Of a stretch of 64,000 nt of DNA, positions 48,101-56,412 are shown piece after piece (within the stretch, counting starts at the first letter, position 1; each line of letters starts with the position of its first letter). The position numbers were made by a program, and so were the translations under genes. Origin of the DNA: a virus; the IMG/VR virus record IMGVR_UViG_3300020027_000005, positions 12,483 to 76,482 of that record; one strand, written 5' to 3'. The notes under the pieces are model-generated. The model was not told the DNA's origin. It saw only the letters and a list, made by a program, of their open reading frames with translations, and made no database searches.

Positions 48101-51100
48101 GTGGATGTGAAGAAGGAAGGGAACTCTCTTCAGCTGATGCCGTTCACCGAACAGCAGGTTCTGGAGATGAGCTCTGGCGAATTGAAGGAACCCTCCCTCG
48201 TGGTTCGAGGAAAGGACCTGAAGCCTCTGCCCGGAGGTTTGTTCGACGAGAAGCTCACCGGCGGAAAGGAGGGAACCCGGTGGACGCACTTCAAGCTCGC
48301 CGAGCCTATGCCGAACCCGATGTTCGAAGAGGCGATCAAGAAGTTGACTGGACTCTCTGACAACCAGTTCAGGAGCCATATCCGGGGCGATGTCGAGGTC
48401 AACGGTAAGAAGGGAGGTGAGGCGGTCGAAGAGCTTCTCAAGCGCATCAACGTGAAGAAGCTGCGAGAGGACCTCGAGTCGAAGATCGGAAAGGCCAAAG
48501 GTGCTGGTCGAGACAAGCTCCACCAGCAGTTGAGAATCGTGAAAGCCTTGGACGAGGCCAAGCTCTCCCCCACGGTCTACATGATGCGGAGTGTTCCGAT
48601 CCTGCCTCCGATCTTCCGACCGGTTTCGGCGAAGCCGGATGGTTCACTCTCGTCTGACGATCTCAACGGCCTGTACAAGGACATCGGGGCCGTGAATGAG
48701 TCGCTGACTCTTCTGAAGTCGTCCGACATTCCGCAGTCGATCGTGGCGCCCACTCGGATGGAGCTCTACGATGGGCTCCGGGCCATGACCGGACTCGGTG
48801 GCTCCCTGACTCGGGAGTACCGCGGAATCCTGGATATCATCTCTGGGAAAACACGCAAAGGCGAGTCGGCCGGTGAAGGATCCAGCAAGGGTGGGTTCTT
48901 CCAAAAGTCCGTGATGAAGCGCCGTCAGGACTTCTCGGCTCGATCCATCATTACTCCCGAGCCCCGTATGGGAATCGACGAGATCGGTCTCCCGCAGGAG
49001 ATCGCCTGGACGATGTACCAGCCCTTCATCGAGAAGGAGCTCATTCGTCAGGGCTACAAGCCGCCGGACGCTATCGATGAGGTTCGGAAGCGGACTCTGG
49101 TTGCGGAGAAGGCGCTCTTCAGAGCAGTCGAAGACAGACCCGTTCTTCTGAAGCGTGACCCGGTTCTTCACAAGTTCAACGTGATGGCGTTCAAGCCGAG
49201 ACTCGTGAAGGGAAAGGCAATCGAAATCCACCCCCTCGTCACCGGTGGGTTCAACGCCGACTTCGACGGCGACACCATGTCGGTCTTCCTTCCGGTCACC
49301 TCTCCAGCAGTGAAGGAGGCCCAGAACCTCTACCCGTCGAACAACCTCTTCAGCCCGACCACGGGCGCGGTCATGTACACGCCCGGTCACGAGGCCCTGC
49401 TCGGTACCTACCTGCTCTCCCTTCCCGGGAAGAAGACTGGAAAACGCTTCAAGAACACCGAAGACGCCCAGTCTGCTCTTCGGAAGGGAGAGCTCAAAAA
49501 GACTGACATCGTTCGAATCGGTGGGCACGAGACCACTCTCGGCCGACTGGAGATCGAGGCGAAGCTTCCAGCCTGGCTCCAGGAGACAGGGAAGAAGCCG
49601 GTTTCTGAGATGCGGATCTACGACAACAAGACCACCAAGGGCTTGTTGATGCAGGTCGCGAAGCGGGACCATCTCAAGTACGGGGAGATTGCGAACCACC
49701 TGAAGGACATCGGAAACGAGAACTCGACGAGAACCGGATTCTCGATCGGACTCTCGGACTTCGATGTTGTGAATAAGGTGGGTCGAGACAAGATCATCGC
49801 GGCTGCAGAAAAGCAGCAGGTGAAGATCAACAGCTCGAAGCTCTCTGTGCAGAAGAAGGAGGAGAAGGTCGTCGAGGTTCTGACGAAGGCGAAGGACCAG
49901 CTCGAGGACCTCTACAACGCAGGCCTCAAGAAGGACCCGACGAACATCTACAAGATGATGATCTCTGGTTCTCGGGTGAGTCCCGGACAGTTGAAGCAGA
50001 TCGTCTCTTCGCCTGCCCTGGTCTCGGATTCGAAAAACAGAATGGTGCCATATATTATCCCCAGGTCGTACTCCGAGGGGATGGACATGGCGTCGTACTG
50101 GACGACCATGCACGGCGCTCGGAAAGGCGCACTTCAGAAGACCCAGGAGGTCTCGAAGCCTGGCGCACTCTCGAAGCTCCTCGTGAACTCGACCATCAAC
50201 CAGCTGGTGACCGAGGAGGACTGTCGAGCCGGGGACGGGATCACGATGTCGGTCGACAACCACGACGTGGCCGACCGCTACCTGGCTGCACCCGCTCGAT
50301 TCGGAGGAAAGCGAATTCGGGCTGGAGAGCTGATCACTCCGGAGCTCCTGGCCCAGGCCCGAAAGGCCCAGGTCAAGACGCTTACGGTTCGAAGCCCTCT
50401 TCGGTGCCAGGCAGAGCATGGTGTCTGCAGACACTGCATGGGTCTGACGGAGGGAGGGAAGAGCTACGACATCGGAACGAACATCGGGGTCATCGCCGCA
50501 CAGGCCGTAGGTGAGCCTAGCACCCAGCTCTCACTGTCGGCATTCCACACTGGAGGAACTGTTGGTTCCCGCGGTTCGCAAGCAGTTTCGACCTTCGGCC
50601 GGTTGAGCCAACTCCTCACCGTTCCTCGGAACATTCCGAACGAGGGGGCTCTGGCGCTTCATGCAGGGAAGGTCACGAGCATCGAGGATGCTCCGCAGGG
50701 CGGCCAGTACGTCTACATCAACAAGACCCAGCACTACGCCCCTGCGACACAGAAGCTCCAGATCAAAAAGTTCGACACCGTGAAGGCTGGGGATGAGCTC
50801 ACCGACGGAGTCACTGATCCGAAGAAGCTCCTGGCTCTTCGGGGTGTTCGGGACACGCAGGACTACCTGACGAGGTCGATGATGGAGGTGCTTTCGGAAG
50901 TAGCACCGGTGAAGCAGCGCAATGTGGAAGTCGTCGTTAGGTCGATGACTGATATCGCCACGGTCGAGGATCCGGGCGGGCATCCGGACTGGACCTCTGG
51001 AGATGTTCGGCCGGTTTCCATCATCGCTGCATGGAATGCGAAACATCGAGGCAAGGGGAAGCCGGTCAAGTACTCCACTCTCGTGAAGGGCGTGGACGTT

Positions 51101-51298
51101 CTTCCGAATGAGATGCAGGAGGATTGGATCGCTCGACTCAACTTCCAGAACCTCTCTCGAACTCTGACCCAGGCTTCTCGAGAGGGGTGGCACGCCAACA
51201 TCCACGGCTTCAATCCCATTCCGGCCGCAGCACAAGGTGCAGAGTTCAACAGAGCAGAGCGGAAACTCAAGCCGGGGGAACATAAAGGCCAGTACTGA
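45128..51298 (+). CDS. Single-chain fused beta-beta' DNA-directed RNA polymerase (bacterial type, 2056 aa)
   Basis: Beta motifs: GFLDPIHTPEG, IPFLQNNQGNRAM, GYNFEDGIVISE, GDKLVGRHGNKG, NPLGVPGRINLGQILE, YILKLKH. Beta' motifs: VPILPPIFRP, DFSARSII, NADFDGD (49253-49273), HGARKG, CQAEHGVCRHCMG, GEPSTQLSLSAFHTGG. Confidence 0.97.
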   Translation: MSNLSPEMQFESLKSSLSGTLKGMFPIETRGGNSIVLEEVEFKDEKGSGDLREQQKALREAKSWSIPVYGTFSTKNKNGTETDRKRVLMMHLPRTTDRFGYIVDGNEYQILNQFRLKSGVYHRMAPDGDALAEFNLANSDQFANGKSFKLRLVPKTAVFYVDHRNSSVPLYPLLKSVGVTDEDLEKAWGKEILERNQAKGAEARSFGALRRAVGAELPGVDGSELFGKLLAKTKLLPETTEKTLGKAYASVTPELLAQSTKQLLELSRGARAEDDKTSLEYQGMYSANDLLSGHLQRKAGLIKRKIQTNLEKKKGVRLIVPTDTFDQALRSFFSTSLVSQPEQTNPLEMLSGALKTTIMGEQGGIKSSFAISENAKLVNPSHLGFLDPIHTPEGEKTGVSLALPLGAGKRGNEIVSTFWNAKTKKRQEISAGEALHATVAFPDQYVQKGSGMSPVAPKVKATKDGNIVYVSHREVDYVIPSPRAVFGVSSNLIPFLQNNQGNRAMTAARQQEQAVPLLYREEPLVQVKTDGKATFEEILGESSARNSPVDGEILRVERDAIIIKDSKGEKHEIQFYKDFALKGNTLYDSDVKVKAGDKVKKGDLLADTTFTKNGKLALGTNLRTAYMAFNGYNFEDGIVISEDAAKKLTSLHVHQKDIPFDTDTVLDKKKFLSQYQYGFGKEQLENVGEDGVIKVGSRVKEGDPLLLALRKPNESQLRKQIMAFRRGRPDKFRDGSLAWDHEAPGIVTDVVKRGDQVVVYVKTEEPAQVGDKLVGRHGNKGIITRVVPQAEMPYSTDAKGEKQHVDILMNPLGVPGRINLGQILETAAGKIATKTGKTYEVKNFEHGKDYLTDIKADLKKNGLSDKEALFDPTTGKHFEQEVMTGNQYILKLKHMATKKISARSGSGGEGSFYDVNHAPSSGAPHGGQAMDPLGLYALLAHGARENISEMYTYKSDKNDAFWDAIREGAPIPPPKTPFVYDKFLKYMNALRVDVKKEGNSLQLMPFTEQQVLEMSSGELKEPSLVVRGKDLKPLPGGLFDEKLTGGKEGTRWTHFKLAEPMPNPMFEEAIKKLTGLSDNQFRSHIRGDVEVNGKKGGEAVEELLKRINVKKLREDLESKIGKAKGAGRDKLHQQLRIVKALDEAKLSPTVYMMRSVPILPPIFRPVSAKPDGSLSSDDLNGLYKDIGAVNESLTLLKSSDIPQSIVAPTRMELYDGLRAMTGLGGSLTREYRGILDIISGKTRKGESAGEGSSKGGFFQKSVMKRRQDFSARSIITPEPRMGIDEIGLPQEIAWTMYQPFIEKELIRQGYKPPDAIDEVRKRTLVAEKALFRAVEDRPVLLKRDPVLHKFNVMAFKPRLVKGKAIEIHPLVTGGFNADFDGDTMSVFLPVTSPAVKEAQNLYPSNNLFSPTTGAVMYTPGHEALLGTYLLSLPGKKTGKRFKNTEDAQSALRKGELKKTDIVRIGGHETTLGRLEIEAKLPAWLQETGKKPVSEMRIYDNKTTKGLLMQVAKRDHLKYGEIANHLKDIGNENSTRTGFSIGLSDFDVVNKVGRDKIIAAAEKQQVKINSSKLSVQKKEEKVVEVLTKAKDQLEDLYNAGLKKDPTNIYKMMISGSRVSPGQLKQIVSSPALVSDSKNRMVPYIIPRSYSEGMDMASYWTTMHGARKGALQKTQEVSKPGALSKLLVNSTINQLVTEEDCRAGDGITMSVDNHDVADRYLAAPARFGGKRIRAGELITPELLAQARKAQVKTLTVRSPLRCQAEHGVCRHCMGLTEGGKSYDIGTNIGVIAAQAVGEPSTQLSLSAFHTGGTVGSRGSQAVSTFGRLSQLLTVPRNIPNEGALALHAGKVTSIEDAPQGGQYVYINKTQHYAPATQKLQIKKFDTVKAGDELTDGVTDPKKLLALRGVRDTQDYLTRSMMEVLSEVAPVKQRNVEVVVRSMTDIATVEDPGGHPDWTSGDVRPVSIIAAWNAKHRGKGKPVKYSTLVKGVDVLPNEMQEDWIARLNFQNLSRTLTQASREGWHANIHGFNPIPAAAQGAEFNRAERKLKPGEHKGQY

Positions 51299-51307
51299 GA
51301 GGAACCT

Positions 51308-52222
51308 ATGCCCCCTCGTCCGTCCCTGTTCATCGATCCGAACACGGCTTCCGCAGCTGCAGCCAAGGCCCTCAAACCTACAGATCCGCACGGTGCTGCC
51401 TGCATCGAGGTCATCTCGAGGAGGCCCGTAGCAACGTGGCTCGGGTCGTGGCTCACCGATGTCACGAAGACTGTCGACGACAGGATCGACGCAGCCGGAA
51501 GCGCCCTCTGCACTTTCGTGGTCTACAACATTCCCCAGAAAGACTGTGGGAACTTCTCAAGCGCACACGCAGCTGCGAACGAGTACGAGTACTCGAAGTG
51601 GATCGCGAAGATCGCTCTGGGGATTGCAGGTCGACCCTGCGTCGTTGTCATCGAACCCGACGGGTTGTCGGTCACTCACTGTCTCGACGGAGCGAAGCTT
51701 CAGGCTCGGATGGGTGCCATCGCTTCGGCTGCGAGTGTTCTCGCAGGTGCAGGAGCCCGGGTCTTCATCGACGCCGGCTGCTACAACTGGATTCCAGCTT
51801 CCACGATGGCTTCTCGTCTCGCCTCTTCTGGCATCCAGGCGGCCATTGCTTCGAAGGGTGGTTTCGCTTTGAATGTCTCGCACTTCGAGACGACCGAGAA
51901 CAGCCACACCTACGCAGCCGAGCTTCGAACTCTCATTCCGCTCGCCAAGTACATCGTCGATACGAGTCGAAACGGTCTCGGCCCTTCGGACGTAATGACC
52001 CCGGACGGAGAGGAGCCGGAGTGGTGCAATCCTCCCGGAAGAGCTTTGGGCCTCGCACCGACGCTCGTGACCCGAGAGGGAGGCTGTTACGCCTACATGT
52101 GGGTGAAAACCCCCGGCAGCTCAGATGGATCGAGGCCTGCTGGGGCTCCTGAGGCCGGGGACTACTGGTCTGAGTACGCTATCGGCTTGGTGGAGCGTAG
52201 CCACCTTGCCCCGAAATCGTGA
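51308..52222 (+). CDS. Glycoside hydrolase family 6 (endoglucanase-like), no signal peptide
   Basis: VYNIPQKDC; IEPD; IDAG; NVS; VDTSRNG; WCNPPGRALG; WVKTPGSSDG. Confidence 0.9.
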   Translation: MPPRPSLFIDPNTASAAAAKALKPTDPHGAACIEVISRRPVATWLGSWLTDVTKTVDDRIDAAGSALCTFVVYNIPQKDCGNFSSAHAAANEYEYSKWIAKIALGIAGRPCVVVIEPDGLSVTHCLDGAKLQARMGAIASAASVLAGAGARVFIDAGCYNWIPASTMASRLASSGIQAAIASKGGFALNVSHFETTENSHTYAAELRTLIPLAKYIVDTSRNGLGPSDVMTPDGEEPEWCNPPGRALGLAPTLVTREGGCYAYMWVKTPGSSDGSRPAGAPEAGDYWSEYAIGLVERSHLAPKS

Positions 52223-52257
52223 ACCCAGAAGGCGTTCACGGGTAGTATTCTTGACCC

Positions 52258-52512
52258 ATGGGTGATCTTCCTCCCTGGACCTGCCCTGCAATCGACCGCC
52301 TGGCCTTAGGGGTGCGGAAGCATTTTCCAGAGCCCGAAAAGACAGAGGCTCTGATTGCTCTCGAATCCCTTCGAGCGGCCCATGTTCAGCTCCGAAGAGC
52401 GGCGGGCGGGAAGCACCCCGAGATCGAGTCTGCTGAAATCCAGAGACTCAACAGGCGAATTCAGCGGCTGTTCTCTCGGTTGAAGAAGAAGCTCGAGGCT
52501 GAAGAGAGCTGA
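52258..52512 (+). CDS. Hypothetical protein
   Basis: PPWTCPAID...LESLRAAHVQLR; ends at a terminator hairpin. Confidence 0.55.
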   Translation: MGDLPPWTCPAIDRLALGVRKHFPEPEKTEALIALESLRAAHVQLRRAAGGKHPEIESAEIQRLNRRIQRLFSRLKKKLEAEES

Positions 52513-52545
52513 AGGCGAAGAGAAGGCGCGGGCCCTTCTCTTTTT
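52511..52545. terminator. Hairpin between convergent genes, preceded by GAAGGCGAA
   Basis: aagagaagg/ccttctctt stem followed by a T run. Confidence 0.65.
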
Positions 52546-52985
52546 CAGGATTTGCTGGTGAGCCGGTCGTAGACCGTCTTGTCCGGGGGCATGGCCGCCA
52601 GGGCCTTCTCCTCCAGAACTTCGACCAGCTTCCTCAGCCTGTAGACCCGTTCATCGTCGCCGATGCTCTCTCGGGCCGTGGCCCAGATGGCCCTCAGCTT
52701 GTTCTCAAGGTCGAAGGGTAGCCCGTAGCTGTAGAAGTCGAACTCCTTGGGCTCTGCGTCGATGGAGATGTAGCCCTCGATTCCCTCACCCGGGTTGAGA
52801 CGGCGAAGCGTCATGACGATGGTCGTCCCCACGAACTGAATGGAGAGCTCGTCGACTCGACCCGGCTCGTTGCCCTTCCAATTGACCTCGACAACCTGAT
52901 AGTTCTTCGGAGACCAGATCACGGTCAGGTAGAGCGCGTTGATGAGGCGCTCAAGCATGTGGTCGGGGTTCATCTGAGATGACAT
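52545..52985 (-). CDS. Hypothetical protein
   Basis: AGGAGG RBS. Confidence 0.65.
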   Translation of the reverse strand: MSSQMNPDHMLERLINALYLTVIWSPKNYQVVEVNWKGNEPGRVDELSIQFVGTTIVMTLRRLNPGEGIEGYISIDAEPKEFDFYSYGLPFDLENKLRAIWATARESIGDDERVYRLRKLVEVLEEKALAAMPPDKTVYDRLTSKS

Positions 52986-52999
52986 CGGTACCTCCTGGT

Positions 53000-53515
53000 T
53001 CAGTCGTCTGCGTGTGTTGCCGTGGCCTCGTCCTCGCTGCTCTCGTCTTCCTCATCGTCGTCGTCATCCACCTCACCGGTGGCGGAGATCGCGATTGGCG
53101 GAAGACTGTTCGTGGCCCGGTCTGGTGTGTTGACGAGCTCCGGGTGCATCCTCATGATGCCGATGAGCTCGAGTGCCAGCGGTCGCTGCGTCCGGTGCGA
53201 AGGGGCGGACTGAGTCGTCAGAAACCAGATAGTTCTGAGCAGGTCGGCTTCCTTAGCTGGCAGGTCACGAGTTTCGAGCGTGTAGCCGCTCTGTCTGTTG
53301 TCCTTTGGCCCTGGGAAGAGGTTGAGAGCAATGGACCCCCCGTCCTTGTTCTCCAACGTCATCATCATCGGGCACCCGATGAACTCCACGAAGTACTCAT
53401 CCCGCCGGTTCGGTCCGAAGCCGCCGGCGGTGAGGTTCGCGGAGAAGCATCCTGGTTTTTGCACCTTCAGAAGGAGCATCCTCAGGATGCGGTTTGCATT
53501 GTCAAGGTCATGCAT
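53000..53515 (-). CDS. Hypothetical protein with acidic tail
   Basis: GGAGGT RBS; GCATGAG variant motif at 53533-53539. Confidence 0.65.
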   Translation of the reverse strand: MHDLDNANRILRMLLLKVQKPGCFSANLTAGGFGPNRRDEYFVEFIGCPMMMTLENKDGGSIALNLFPGPKDNRQSGYTLETRDLPAKEADLLRTIWFLTTQSAPSHRTQRPLALELIGIMRMHPELVNTPDRATNSLPPIAISATGEVDDDDDEEDESSEDEATATHADD

Positions 53516-53605
53516 TCCGTACCTCCATTCTCCTCATGCGTGGAATAGAGGCTGGCTTTCAGTCGAGACCGCCCGAGTTAGCTTCCTTGGAGCTGCAAGG
53601 AGCTG

Positions 53606-54427
53606 TTGATGAGGATGTTCCATCTCGAGCGGATCGAGGATGAGTCCAAGGTGTCTGGAACGGGGAGGGTGGCGGAAGGCCTCGAATTCACGGACGGCTC
53701 GTGTACGATGCGCTGGCTCACGGCACACCGGTCGACCACGGTCTACAGCTCGATGGCGGACCTGGTCCACGTCCACGGACACGGTGGAAAGACGAAAGTC
53801 GTCTACGAAGAGCCCGAGAGCCTGAAGAGAGTTCCGAAGCCTCACCTGTCTCTTGGCTTCGAAGGTGCAGATGCCGAGCAGGAGTCGATGGCTCATGGTT
53901 GTGGTCCCGCACTTCCTGGAGCGAGGGCTGCTTACGACCAGGTGAAGGAGCTCTGGGCTCCGTACGGTTGGACGGCCATGGCCTGCTGGGAGTTGCAGGG
54001 TGGGGTGTACCTCGAGCTGAAGAGCCCGATGAGGTTCCTCTGGACCGAGCAGAAAGAGTCTGGTCCTCTGATTCACTTCGAGCAGTATCGAGCGACCTTC
54101 GGTGTCACGAAAGAGAAGGGCGTTGTGGCGACCATCGATTACCCGACGTTCGAACGTAGAGACGAAAGAATGGCGGTCTTCGTGGACGGAGTCAGGGGAA
54201 AGCTCACCCGTTCGCAGGCCTACCACACCGGATCTTCTCGCGAAGCGGTCCCCCCGCAGTTCGGAGGGAGTCAAACTTCTCCGACGATTCCGCCTCTCTC
54301 GGATCTGCATAGTCCGGAGATGGCCCCTGACCGAGTCGCGGAGCCCGCGACCACCTCCTGGCCGTGCGAGTGTCCGGTCACGGATTTCAAGGGCGGCATC
54401 TGCGTGAAGTGTGGTGGAAGGGAGTAG
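53606..54427 (+). CDS. Hypothetical phage protein
   Basis: AAGGAG RBS; N-terminal SGTGRVAEG.EF.DG....RW...HGHGG domain; C-terminal CEC..CVKC. Confidence 0.65.
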   Translation: MMRMFHLERIEDESKVSGTGRVAEGLEFTDGSCTMRWLTAHRSTTVYSSMADLVHVHGHGGKTKVVYEEPESLKRVPKPHLSLGFEGADAEQESMAHGCGPALPGARAAYDQVKELWAPYGWTAMACWELQGGVYLELKSPMRFLWTEQKESGPLIHFEQYRATFGVTKEKGVVATIDYPTFERRDERMAVFVDGVRGKLTRSQAYHTGSSREAVPPQFGGSQTSPTIPPLSDLHSPEMAPDRVAEPATTSWPCECPVTDFKGGICVKCGGRE

Positions 54428-54429
54428 TC

Positions 54430-54469
54430 GAAGGCGAAGAAGCTGGGCCGGGAAACCGGCCCGTGCTTC
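54430..54469. terminator. GAAA-loop hairpin between convergent genes, preceded by GAAGGCGAA
   Basis: gggccgg-gaaa-ccggccc with outer gaagc/gcttc. Confidence 0.6.
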
Positions 54470-54824
54470 AAACAAACCAACTTCTCTCACTCTCGAAAGT
54501 GAAGTCGGCTTCCTCTTCTTCTCCACTGAACTCGAATTCCCGAATCCCATCTGCGTGGGACTCTTGGACTGCTCCCGAGTCGCGCCCATGGCGGGGACGT
54601 CGATGACGCGTGAGATGTTTTTGTCTCGAACACGCCTGTACGTCCCGGGATCCCTCTGAGGGGACCTGTCCACGGGTCATCCGGACTCTGATGGTTGCAG
54701 TGAGCCACTTCAACGTTGTTGCTGGATCACGAAGCGCATCGAGCCACACCTCTCTGAGGTGCTTGGCCTTCGCGAAAGCTGTCCGGGAGTTCGGTTCACT
54801 GTCTACGGCCAGAATCTCATTCAT
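54468..54824 (-). CDS. Hypothetical protein
   Basis: ORF fills the gap; acidic C-terminus. Confidence 0.45.
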   Translation of the reverse strand: MNEILAVDSEPNSRTAFAKAKHLREVWLDALRDPATTLKWLTATIRVRMTRGQVPSEGSRDVQACSRQKHLTRHRRPRHGRDSGAVQESHADGIREFEFSGEEEEADFTFESERSWFV

Positions 54825-54982
54825 GTCACCAACCTTCAGAGTTTGGTCTCCAGCAGCTCGACTTTGAGCTGTGGAATCGTAGGGGATTTGAGGAGGGGCC
54901 TACATTATGTAGGTAGTCTGCTGTCTTTGGCGGGTGGGATCAGGATGGAAGTGCTCTCTTCCATCCTAGTCCTTATTCGTCC

Positions 54983-55267
54983 TTAGTAGTTCGGATTGCC
55001 GGGTCGCCCGCGCCTGCTCTTATCGTAGCTGTAGGCGGGCTGCGGGTAGACCGGAGGACGGGGGAAGGTCTCAGGTCGATCCGTCTTCGGGTTCTTGACG
55101 GCCTCAAGTGCGTGCCGGGAGAACGGCTCGTGGTAGTCCTGCCCCTGCAGGCGCTTTCGAACTACGGGGATGTGTCCTGCGGGCGGGTCGGGAAGTCGGA
55201 GTTCTTCTACGACCCAGGTCCCGTGCTCGTCTTTGAACGTGTCGATGAAAGTGTACGTATCAGGCAC
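54983..55267 (-). CDS. Hypothetical protein
   Basis: GAGGT RBS before GTG at 55267, after two leader hairpins. Confidence 0.5.
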   Translation of the reverse strand: MPDTYTFIDTFKDEHGTWVVEELRLPDPPAGHIPVVRKRLQGQDYHEPFSRHALEAVKNPKTDRPETFPRPPVYPQPAYSYDKSRRGRPGNPNY

Positions 55268-55351
55268 TCGGACCTCTAGGAGGCCTCCGGAACTTCTCAT
55301 TCCGGAGGAGGTTTCAGAAATCAGAAGGGACAAATCCTCTTCTTGAGTTTC

Positions 55352-55630
55352 TTATGCCTGGTCCTCGGTCACCTTTTCGAGACGAGCCTTGTGGGTCTGA
55401 ACAACTTTTCGGCTGTTGCTCTGACACTTCTGAAGAGGCATGGCCCCACAACGGGGACACTGGACTGCGAGTGCAAGTCTCCTCCTCTCTCGAAAGACCG
55501 AGGCCTCCTCTTCCGAGCGTTTCTCCATCTCCAAGTCCGTGCATCTCCCGCGGTGAACGTAGGTGCCGATCTGTTGAACGAAGTCGCTCTCCAGTGCCTT
55601 CTTTCCACAGGAGACGCAGGTCTTGCTCAC
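55352..55630 (-). CDS. Zinc-finger protein
   Basis: CVSC..H...C and CPRCGA....KC..H..R. Confidence 0.6.
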   Translation of the reverse strand: MSKTCVSCGKKALESDFVQQIGTYVHRGRCTDLEMEKRSEEEASVFRERRRLALAVQCPRCGAMPLQKCQSNSRKVVQTHKARLEKVTEDQA

Positions 55631-55986
55631 GCTGCGGTCCGTTTCCGAACCTCGGCGATCCAGAGTCTCCGGAGCCACGTCCAGGCGATGTGGTCGGGCA
55701 TCCGACCCGTGAACGTCGTGTGGAACCCGAGTTCATCCTCGAGCGGTGTGGTTCTGTACTGGTCGTCCTTGTTTCGTAGTCCGACTGCGACAGCTCCGAG
55801 GTCGTACTGTCCGTAGAGCTGTCCGAGGATGCAGGCGTGGCCGTGCTGCATCAAGAGCTTGCTGATGTTGATCTTTGTGGCCCATTCTGGATGTTTCTCG
55901 TCCAGGAATGCGGCTCCCTTCGCGACTGGCTCGAGCCAGTACTCTTCTTCATTCGGCTGGAAGATCCAGACGGGTTGTACGGTCAT
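55627..55986 (-). CDS. Hypothetical phage protein
   Basis: VAKGAAFLDEKHPEW..KI....L.M....CILGQLYG motif. Confidence 0.65.
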   Translation of the reverse strand: MTVQPVWIFQPNEEEYWLEPVAKGAAFLDEKHPEWATKINISKLLMQHGHACILGQLYGQYDLGAVAVGLRNKDDQYRTTPLEDELGFHTTFTGRMPDHIAWTWLRRLWIAEVRKRTAA

Positions 55987-56379
55987 TCAGATCCTCATGT
56001 TGTACACGATGATTCCGACCATGAAGGAAATCAATAGGATCAAGCCGACGAACTGGCTGATGATGACAGCTGCCAGAACTCGGACGAGGAACTTGGTCGT
56101 CACTCGTTCTTCTTTGAGAGCTTCCTGCGCGTCTTTGGTCCTCTTCGCTTCCTCTGCAGAGAGAGCGGTGACCGTCGTCTTGAGTGTCGCGAGGTCGTGT
56201 TGCTGATGAAGAACGGCCTCGGTCACATCCCTCATGTTTTCTTGAAAGACGTTCTTTGGTGCCACGACTCTGTCGGGCACATGCATCGGGGTGGCAGCTT
56301 CTGCTTTCAACCTATCGGAGTGTTGCAGAAGCTTTTTCAGGATCTGATCGGGAATCAAGGGCACCCCGTTCGAATCCAC
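55987..56379 (-). CDS. Membrane protein (coiled coil + C-terminal TM)
   Basis: FLVRVLAAVIISQFVGLILLISFMVGIIVY. Confidence 0.55.
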   Translation of the reverse strand: MDSNGVPLIPDQILKKLLQHSDRLKAEAATPMHVPDRVVAPKNVFQENMRDVTEAVLHQQHDLATLKTTVTALSAEEAKRTKDAQEALKEERVTTKFLVRVLAAVIISQFVGLILLISFMVGIIVYNMRI

Positions 56380-56412
56380 GTATCTGAAAAATTGACTTTC
56401 TCGGGTCCAAGA

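Noticed and set aside
3963-50434. Long antisense ORFs (e.g. 3963..5525, 12671..14170, 21808..23643, 39254..40708, 44885..46840, 48644..50434)
   Set aside because: They are shadows of GC-rich coding genes on the opposite strand, with no motifs; only the last 54 codons of 44885..46840 look real.
45128-51298. Host rpoBC operon, i.e. a bacterial chromosome
   Set aside because: No ribosomal protein or nusG neighbours; it is flanked by portal and phage genes, and is strongly reduced and divergent.
28507-51298. Inteins or introns in RecA, Pol A, helicases or RNAP
   Set aside because: The proteins are normal length or shorter, with contiguous motifs and no intein termini or homing endonuclease motifs.
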